From contig JBGCFM010000041.1 of assembly GCA_045106895.1 (NCBI GenBank), positions 1-64,000 on the forward strand: DNA of 64,000 nucleotides, read 5' to 3'. The translations under genes were made by a program, and so were the position numbers. The notes under the pieces are model-generated. The model made no database searches. It saw nothing but the letters and a program-made list of their open reading frames with translations, and was not told the DNA's origin. How positions within the stretch are numbered: the first letter of the stretch is position 1; every line of letters starts with the position of its first letter. Shown one piece after another: positions 57,590 to 64,000 of this stretch. Source of the stretch: Polyangiales bacterium (GTDB taxonomy: Bacteria; Myxococcota_A; Polyangia; Polyangiales; Houyiibacteriaceae).

Positions 57590-58006
57590 TCAGCCGCCCA
57601 TCCAGACGGAGCCGAGAAACGCCATGACGATGTTCACAAGAGCGCAAGCGAGGACGCCGAAGGAGAGGTTGCGGAGGGTGCCGCTGGACACCTCGGCGCC
57701 GGCAGCGGCTTTGCGCAGCTTTCCGCTTAGAACACCCGTGAGTGCCGCCGCGATGAGCGCCAGAGTGATCTTGATGTGCACCCAGCCTGCGGACTTGTAG
57801 GTGTCGAGGCTCGCGAAGAACATCGCGAAGCCGCCGACAAATGCCAGGACCATTCCCGGCGTCGCGACGCGAAGAGAAGCGTGGCGGGCAGCCGCCAGAA
57901 CGCGGCGCTCACCCGAAGCGAAAGCGCCGACGAGGCCGACGGAGAGGACGCCGCCGATCCAAAGGGTCACACCGATGATGTGGAGAACTCGAAGCCAGGG
58001 GAGCAT
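57590..58006 (-). CDS. CopD/HemJ-family 4-TM membrane protein
   Basis: WLRVLHIIGVTLWIGG and GWVHIKITL. Confidence 0.7.
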   Translation of the reverse strand: MLPWLRVLHIIGVTLWIGGVLSVGLVGAFASGERRVLAAARHASLRVATPGMVLAFVGGFAMFFASLDTYKSAGWVHIKITLALIAAALTGVLSGKLRKAAAGAEVSSGTLRNLSFGVLACALVNIVMAFLGSVWMGG

Positions 58007-58021
58007 GGTGGTTTCTTTCTA

Positions 58022-58180
58022 GAGCGCATCTCGTGACTACGCATGGGTGTGTTTTGGTCAGAGTGTTTCGATTTTGCTGTCCGCGAAGCGACGAAACGTG
58101 GTGCATTTTTGAGCTGAGGGGACGAGTGAAGGCGGGGGCTCCGGCCGCAACGCGGCCGTGCGTAGTTATGAGATGCGCTC
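58022..58180 (+). repeat. Intergenic element bounded by 25-bp inverted repeats (MITE-like)
   Basis: GAGCGCATCTCGTGACTACGCATGG and CCGTGCGTAGTTATGAGATGCGCTC pair fully with 3 G-T wobbles. Confidence 0.75.
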
Positions 58181-58186
58181 GGCGCC

Positions 58187-59317
58187 CTAGAGCGACTCTT
58201 CGTAGATTCGGTACGTCTTGTAGACTTTGCCCCGCATCGCCTTGATGCCGAGGTTGATGGCGCGGTTGTCTTCGAGGGTCCAGCTGAGCTCAGCCCACTC
58301 GTAGCCGTGCCGCATTCCGCGGTAGGCGAGTTCGGCGTACATGGCCGTTGAGAGAGCTCCGTAGCGCTTCATTCCGCGGAACTTCCGCTTGATGCCGAGC
58401 ATCATGAGGCGGGCGCTCTTTGGCTTCTCGACCTTGAGGCGCCAGAGCATCTTGGCCCAGCCGAAGGGGAAGAGTCGTCCGTCGAGGTCATGGACCAAAG
58501 ACGGTAGGTTTGGCAGGCAGATGACCATCGCCGCGACCTCCCCGTTGACCTCTGCGAAGAACGCGAGTCGCGGGTCGATGATGAGCTTCATGTCCTTGGC
58601 GACCTGCTCGACCTCGGCTTCCGTCGTTGGAACGAAGCCCCAGTTGTCCGCCCACGCGTCGTTGAAGATCTCGAGAACAAGGTCGAGTTCTTCGCGCATT
58701 CGCTTCGGTTCGACGCTGCGGAAGGTCACTTCCGGCAGCTCGTTGATCATGTCCCAAGCGCGCTTTACGCGTTTTGGCGGCTCGGCGGCAATGTACTTCC
58801 AAGCGAGGAGGTCTTTGGCCTTTTCAAGACCGGCGTTCTCGATGAGACGATGCTGATACTCGCGGTGGTGCGGCATCGAGAGCGCCGGCGGCGTGTCAAA
58901 GCCGTCGATGAGCACACCGGACTCTTCGTTGATGCACAGCGAGAGAGGCCCGCGCATCGTGGTCATGCCCTTGGCGCGAAGCCACGCGCGACACGCGTCG
59001 AGGAGCGCGTCGGCGACCTCCTGATCGTTGACGGTGTCGAAGAAGCCGAAGAAGCCTGCGCCGTCGTCGTGCACCTTGAGGTGCTCTCGGTCGATGGTCG
59101 CCGAGGCTCGGCCCACGGCCCGGCCGCGTCGTTTTGCGATAAAGAGGCGGCCCTCGCCGTGTAGCCAAAACGGGTTCTTGCCCGGCGTCAGGCGATCCTT
59201 GAGCTCCATTCGGAGGGGTGCAATGTAGGCGGGGTCCGTCGCATAGATCGGCGACGCGACGTCCATGAACTCTTTGACGCGCTCGCCCGGCGCAAAGTCC
59301 TCGACGACGATGCTCAT
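58187..59317 (-). CDS. GNAT-fold N-acyltransferase (YghO-like)
   Basis: [49 protein letters not shown]. Confidence 0.85.
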   Translation of the reverse strand: MSIVVEDFAPGERVKEFMDVASPIYATDPAYIAPLRMELKDRLTPGKNPFWLHGEGRLFIAKRRGRAVGRASATIDREHLKVHDDGAGFFGFFDTVNDQEVADALLDACRAWLRAKGMTTMRGPLSLCINEESGVLIDGFDTPPALSMPHHREYQHRLIENAGLEKAKDLLAWKYIAAEPPKRVKRAWDMINELPEVTFRSVEPKRMREELDLVLEIFNDAWADNWGFVPTTEAEVEQVAKDMKLIIDPRLAFFAEVNGEVAAMVICLPNLPSLVHDLDGRLFPFGWAKMLWRLKVEKPKSARLMMLGIKRKFRGMKRYGALSTAMYAELAYRGMRHGYEWAELSWTLEDNRAINLGIKAMRGKVYKTYRIYEESL

Positions 59318-60720
59318 TTGCTGCCCGTTTTCAGAGGACCGACCATCTCGCCTGGTTTCACGGCGGCGTCGAACTCAGCGCCGGTCATATGACCCAGTTC
59401 TTCCACGGCTTGCCGAAGCGTGCTGCCCTTCTTGTAGGCATGTTTCGCGACCTTCGCGGCGTTGTCGTAGCCAATGTGCGGGTTGAGCGCCGTGACGAGC
59501 ATGAGGGACTCATGAAGCTTCGCCTCGATGGTCTCCCGGTTTGGCTCGAGGCCTGCGGCGCAACGTTCGTCAAAGCTCGCGCAGCTATCGGCGAGGAGGC
59601 GTACGGACTGCAGAAGCGCGTTGGCCATCACAGGCTTGTAGACGTTGAGTTCGAAGTTGCCTTGGCTGCCGGCGAATCCCACCGTCGCGTCGTTTCCGAA
59701 GACCTGACAGCAGACCATGGTGAGGGCTTCGCATTGAGTTGGGTTGACCTTGCCGGGCATGATGGAGCTGCCGGGTTCGTTCTCGGGGATTCGAATCTCA
59801 CCGATGCCGCAGCGGGGACCGCTCGCGAGCCAGCGAACATCGTTGGCGATCTTCATGCAGGCGGCGGCGAGCTGCTTGAGGGCGCCGGAGGCTCCCACGT
59901 AGGCGTCGTGGGCGGCGAGGTAGGCAAACTTGTTCTTGGCGGTGATGAACTCTTTGCCCGTCAGCTCGGCGATGGTGGCGGCGACTTTGACGTCGTAGCC
60001 TTCGACGGTGTTCAGGCCGGTGCCGACCGCGGTGCCGCCGAGGGCGAGCTCGCGGAGCTGAGGGAGCGTCGCTTCGATGGCCGCGAGGGCGTGGTCGAGC
60101 TGAGCGACCCAGCCGCTGATCTCTTGGCCCAAAGTGATGGGCGTCGCGTCTTGAAGATGCGTTCGGCCAATCTTCACGATGTCGTGAAAAGACTTCGCCT
60201 TGCCGTCGAGAGTGTCGCGCAGTTTGCGCACCTTGGGCAGCAAGCTGTCCTCGACGGCGATGACGGCGGCGATGTGCATCGCCGTGGGGAACGTGTCGTT
60301 GCTGGACTGTGACTTGTTCACGTGATCGTTGGGGTGAACGGGCGTCTTGCTGCCGAGCTGTCCGCCCGCGAGCTCGATGGCGCGGTTGGCCAGGACCTCG
60401 TTGACGTTCATGTTGGACTGCGTGCCGCTGCCGGTCTGCCAGACCACGAGAGGAAAGTGGGAGTCGAGCTTGCCCGCGATGAGCTCATCGGCGGCCTTCA
60501 CGATGAGGTCTCGGACGCTCTCTTCGAGGTTACCAAGGGAGTGATTGGTGATCGCCGCGGCTTTCTTGAGGTAGCCAAAGGCGTGGATGATCTCCGTGGG
60601 CATGCGGTCTTCACCGATGGGGAAGTTCATCCGCGAACGCATCGTCTGGGCGCCGTAATAACGGTCAGTGGGCACCTGCACATCGCCCATAGAATCGCTC
60701 TCAGTCCGAAATTCACTCAT
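59314..60720 (-). CDS. fumC: Class II fumarate hydratase
   Basis: [51 protein letters not shown]. Confidence 0.98.
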   Translation of the reverse strand: MSEFRTESDSMGDVQVPTDRYYGAQTMRSRMNFPIGEDRMPTEIIHAFGYLKKAAAITNHSLGNLEESVRDLIVKAADELIAGKLDSHFPLVVWQTGSGTQSNMNVNEVLANRAIELAGGQLGSKTPVHPNDHVNKSQSSNDTFPTAMHIAAVIAVEDSLLPKVRKLRDTLDGKAKSFHDIVKIGRTHLQDATPITLGQEISGWVAQLDHALAAIEATLPQLRELALGGTAVGTGLNTVEGYDVKVAATIAELTGKEFITAKNKFAYLAAHDAYVGASGALKQLAAACMKIANDVRWLASGPRCGIGEIRIPENEPGSSIMPGKVNPTQCEALTMVCCQVFGNDATVGFAGSQGNFELNVYKPVMANALLQSVRLLADSCASFDERCAAGLEPNRETIEAKLHESLMLVTALNPHIGYDNAAKVAKHAYKKGSTLRQAVEELGHMTGAEFDAAVKPGEMVGPLKTGSK

Positions 60721-60884
60721 CTCTTCGTCCTTTCATGCCGGCGCCGTTGCCGATGCAGGGCGGAATACCGCGGGCGGGGTCTGGGGTCGAGGCTGTTTTC
60801 GGGGAAGCGGCGCGACTCGTTGACGAAGCGAAGCGTGACGAAACGGGGTTGCGAGACAACGGCCGCGGAGGTCATACCAAGGTC

Positions 60885-63590
60885 GTGTTCGCCCCCTCGC
60901 CCCGCCTCCTGGTGTTTTCCCTCTGCGCCCTGGCCGCGTTCGCCGCCGCGGCGCCTTCTACGGCGGCTGCCCAGCCTTCTGTCCGCGATCGACTGGAGGC
61001 CATGGAGAACGCGCGCCCGGCCACCGTGCCCGAGGGGGCCGTACTCTCCGTCCGGCACATGCTCGACACGGCGGACCGTATCGAAGCGAACCACGCCGAG
61101 CGAGCCCCCGAGTGGCGGCGGCGCGCGACTCGTTACCTCGAGCGCATGGAGGCAGGTCAAGACCCGTTCCCGCTGGCGAAAGGGGAAATCGTCAACCGCG
61201 GGTACCGTTCGCCCATCAGCAACGTGCTTCAGGGATACGCCATTTACCTGCCGCCGGACTACGACCCGACGCGCGCATACCCCGTGTATATCGCGCTCCA
61301 CGGCGGCTCGTCGAACGGCAACCTCTTCTTGGGCGTGGTCCTGGGGAACAACATGGACTGGCTCACCTACGACGAGCACGTCTACGACGAGTACACGCCG
61401 CGCTGGACCCCCGACTGGATCGTCGTCGCGCCGACTGGCTTTGGCCAGATCATGTGGCGCTGGATGGGCGAGCAAGACGTCCTTGATGTGCTCGATGATG
61501 TCGAGCGTCACTACAACGTCGACGAAAACCAAGTGGTCCTCGGCGGTCTTTCCAACGGCGGCGTCGGCGCCTACGCCATTGGCTCGCGTCATTCGTGGCG
61601 TTTCGCAACGGTCCAAGCCATGGCCGGCGCGCCGAGCTGGCTGCAATACACGGGCGGCGGGCTTCGGGAGGTCACCACGAACGAAGTGCGCCGTTACAGC
61701 GGGCTTCATCTCGCGGAGAACGTCGTCAACACGACGTTTCGCTACTACCACGGCACCGAGGATGGCGGTCCGATGCGTCCAGCCTACGTCCGCGCCTACA
61801 CCCAGGCGCTTTCGCGGCTAGAAGGCGTAACAGCGCACGAGACCTGGTTCGACGCGGGGCACGACATTCTGTACCGAGTCCATCGGCACGGGCGCGTGTA
61901 CTCAAGCCTCGCGGACACGCGTCGCGACCCACGCCCGCGCGAGGTTCGCGTGGTGAGCGGCGACTACCGCGCAGCGCGACAGCACTGGGTGAGCATCGAA
62001 CGACTGGAGACGTTCCCCGAGCTCGGCCGAGTGCGCGCCGTCGTCGGTGATGACGGAAACGTAACCATCGAGTCCAGCGGCGTGACCTCGCTCTCGCTGC
62101 ACATCGCCACGATGCCCGCGGGCGAAAACACGCGCATCACCGTCGACGGTGATGTGGTGTACGAGGGACCCCGCGAGGCCCTCGGGACCCGCTTCCATGT
62201 CACGAAAAACGGAAGCGACTGGCGCGCAGGCTTCGCCCCGACGGACGGCCTGCGCAAGGTCGCCGGGTTGAGCGGGCCGATCTCCGACGCGTACTACGGG
62301 CGAATGATCCACGTGTACGGGACACAGAACGAAGACGACACGGACAAGCTTCGCCGTGCGGCAGAACGGGGCGCCCGCGGCTGGCCGCTGTGGGCCTGGG
62401 ACCTTCGCCAGACCGTTGTTGCGGATACGGAGCTCACCGACGAGATGATGCACGACGCGCACGTCGTTCTCTACGCAACGCCCGGCTCCAACTCCGTGCT
62501 GGCCCGGGTTGCCGGCGCCTTGCCTATCAAGCTCGAAGAAGACGCCATCATGGTCGGCACGGAACGCTTCGGTGGCCGCGACGTTGGCGTGCGCTTCGTC
62601 TACCCGAACCCTCTCGCGCCGCACCGCTACATGATCGTACAGGGCGCGATGACGGCGGACGACGTGAGCCGAGGCAACAAGCTGCCAGAGTTCTTGCCGG
62701 ACTACGCTGTCTACGACGGACGCGAGCTTCGCAGTCAGCAAAGGCGCGTCGCCGGACGAAGTCGCCTCCGCACCGCGGGCAACTTTGACGACCGCTGGCG
62801 ACTGCCTGGGGAACCCCAGCCTACGGCGGAAGGCTCAGGCCCAGATGACGAGGAGGAGACGGTGCCTGGACTTCCCGTTCCGCCGGCTCCGGCGGTGCCC
62901 GCGGCGCCAACGACGTTCCTGGCGCCGGACAGTGACCAAGCTGGTCACGCGGCGCGCCGCATTGCCGCGCTTGTGCCCGGCTTTGTGAACTACCGCGCGA
63001 CCATCGGCGGCGCAGAGTGGCGAAACGTCGAGGAGGCGCGTTGGTCCGTGCGTCCCGCGGAGGAGTGCTACGAAGCTCTTCGCAGCGCGGACATCGCCGC
63101 ACGGCCAAGCCGAGAGCTCACGAGCCTGGTCCCAGCTCCCGTCGAAATCACCGGGCCCATCAACGGCATCTGGTTTCGGCAAACCCATGAGGAGCGCCCC
63201 TTCGTCATCGCCTGCGAGCTCGCCCTGAGGCTCCCTGCGCTGACACAGATACTCGCCGGCCACAACATCCGCGGCGTCGAGATTCTCTCCACGTTCCGCA
63301 CGTACCCTTCGACGAGCTTCCACCGAATGGGCCTCGCCCTCGACCTCTCACGCTTCTGGACCGACGGCGGCTGGCTCGACGTCGCCGCGGACTACGAGGC
63401 TACGCCGATGCGCAGGACCTGCGCCGGTGACGCGCCAAGCGGGGGCGCCGGCGTGCTTCGCGACATCGCCTGCGAGTTCGCAGAGTCGAACCTCTTCTCG
63501 TCAGTACTGACGCCAAACTACAACGAAGGGCACCGAGATCACTTTCATCTGGACACGCGGCCGAACGACCCGCGACTCTTCTTGCGCTGA
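60885..63590 (+). CDS. Exported alpha/beta serine hydrolase fused to a C-terminal extensin-like domain
   Basis: Signal peptide; YLPPDYD, LHGG, GLSNGG nucleophile, HGTED, AGHD; C-terminal SFH..GLALDL and LTPNYNEGHRDHFHLD. Start moved to GTG 60885. Confidence 0.82.
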   Translation: MFAPSPRLLVFSLCALAAFAAAAPSTAAAQPSVRDRLEAMENARPATVPEGAVLSVRHMLDTADRIEANHAERAPEWRRRATRYLERMEAGQDPFPLAKGEIVNRGYRSPISNVLQGYAIYLPPDYDPTRAYPVYIALHGGSSNGNLFLGVVLGNNMDWLTYDEHVYDEYTPRWTPDWIVVAPTGFGQIMWRWMGEQDVLDVLDDVERHYNVDENQVVLGGLSNGGVGAYAIGSRHSWRFATVQAMAGAPSWLQYTGGGLREVTTNEVRRYSGLHLAENVVNTTFRYYHGTEDGGPMRPAYVRAYTQALSRLEGVTAHETWFDAGHDILYRVHRHGRVYSSLADTRRDPRPREVRVVSGDYRAARQHWVSIERLETFPELGRVRAVVGDDGNVTIESSGVTSLSLHIATMPAGENTRITVDGDVVYEGPREALGTRFHVTKNGSDWRAGFAPTDGLRKVAGLSGPISDAYYGRMIHVYGTQNEDDTDKLRRAAERGARGWPLWAWDLRQTVVADTELTDEMMHDAHVVLYATPGSNSVLARVAGALPIKLEEDAIMVGTERFGGRDVGVRFVYPNPLAPHRYMIVQGAMTADDVSRGNKLPEFLPDYAVYDGRELRSQQRRVAGRSRLRTAGNFDDRWRLPGEPQPTAEGSGPDDEEETVPGLPVPPAPAVPAAPTTFLAPDSDQAGHAARRIAALVPGFVNYRATIGGAEWRNVEEARWSVRPAEECYEALRSADIAARPSRELTSLVPAPVEITGPINGIWFRQTHEERPFVIACELALRLPALTQILAGHNIRGVEILSTFRTYPSTSFHRMGLALDLSRFWTDGGWLDVAADYEATPMRRTCAGDAPSGGAGVLRDIACEFAESNLFSSVLTPNYNEGHRDHFHLDTRPNDPRLFLR

Positions 63591-63618
63591 GTTCCTCTCG
63601 CTGGACGTAGACCTGGAC

Positions 63619-64000
63619 TCACTCCTGCCTGACGTCGAAGTTGCAGGTATATTTGATGCGAGTGGCGACGGGGCCTTCGGGAGTTTGTCCTGGAGACCAG
63701 GCACGTCCTCTGAGGCACTGTTGGCAGACGGTGGCGTACCCTTCGCCGTCACCGGCCTCCGATTCGACCTGCAAGTCGAAGGGAAGACCGTCGGAGCCGA
63801 GACCCAATCGGATGGTTGCGACACCGCAGCCCCTCCAGACGCCATGGGACTCCTCTAAGCACCGGGCGAGCTGAGAGAACGGCGGCGGAACGGGGCGACG
63901 GGAAAGCTCGTTCACCGGAACCACCACAACACTCTCGCGAGGAGCGAGCACATTGGGTTGAGCGGCAGCGCAAGCCGTGCAGAGGATGAGACAGCGTCCG
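63619..64000 (-). CDS. Probable lipoprotein with a TonB/TolA C-terminal-like domain, 5'-truncated
   Basis: Frame open to the window edge (..CLILCTAC); ATIRLGLGSDG...VCQQCLRGRAWSPG. Confidence 0.5.
   Translation of the reverse strand, partial: GRCLILCTACAAAQPNVLAPRESVVVVPVNELSRRPVPPPFSQLARCLEESHGVWRGCGVATIRLGLGSDGLPFDLQVESEAGDGEGYATVCQQCLRGRAWSPGQTPEGPVATRIKYTCNFDVRQE

Overview
GC-rich bacterial chromosomal segment, most likely from a myxobacterium (Myxococcota, Polyangia-like). This is inferred from the Myxococcus-type LexA helix (STNGVNDHL), an rpoE1-like ECF sigma/anti-sigma/frzS-like module, a MYXO-CTERM-like sorting tail, Cys-rich lipoproteins and two Hanks-type Ser/Thr kinases. About 55 genes are densely packed, mostly housekeeping: the end of an Mrp antiporter operon, glnB-glnA, a UbiB/ABC1 kinase, lexA, tatA, an RlmI-like methyltransferase, a KamA-type aminomutase, acnA, tRNA-Cys, panB-panC, PSRP, comEC and fumC. 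I saw no integrase, transposase, prophage or CRISPR array. Points worth following up: (1) an in-frame TAG in place of the conserved Trp of an otherwise intact mrpD; (2) a compact aryl-polyene-like type II PKS set (KS-CLF-KS-halogenase, converging on ACP-GT2) near a sulfotransferase and an aminomutase; (3) a 47-aa very basic ORF missing from the ORF track that looks like a lineage-specific ribosomal or RNA-binding protein; (4) a GlnR-box-like 11-bp-period repeat upstream of glnB-glnA; (5) two intergenic long-stem elements whose only mismatches are G-T/G-U wobbles on the + strand and which share ERIC-like core motifs; (6) unusual fusions (disordered region-methyltransferase, Grx4-ATC-rhodanese, serine hydrolase-extensin-like). 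All calls come from reading motifs by eye; no database searches were run.
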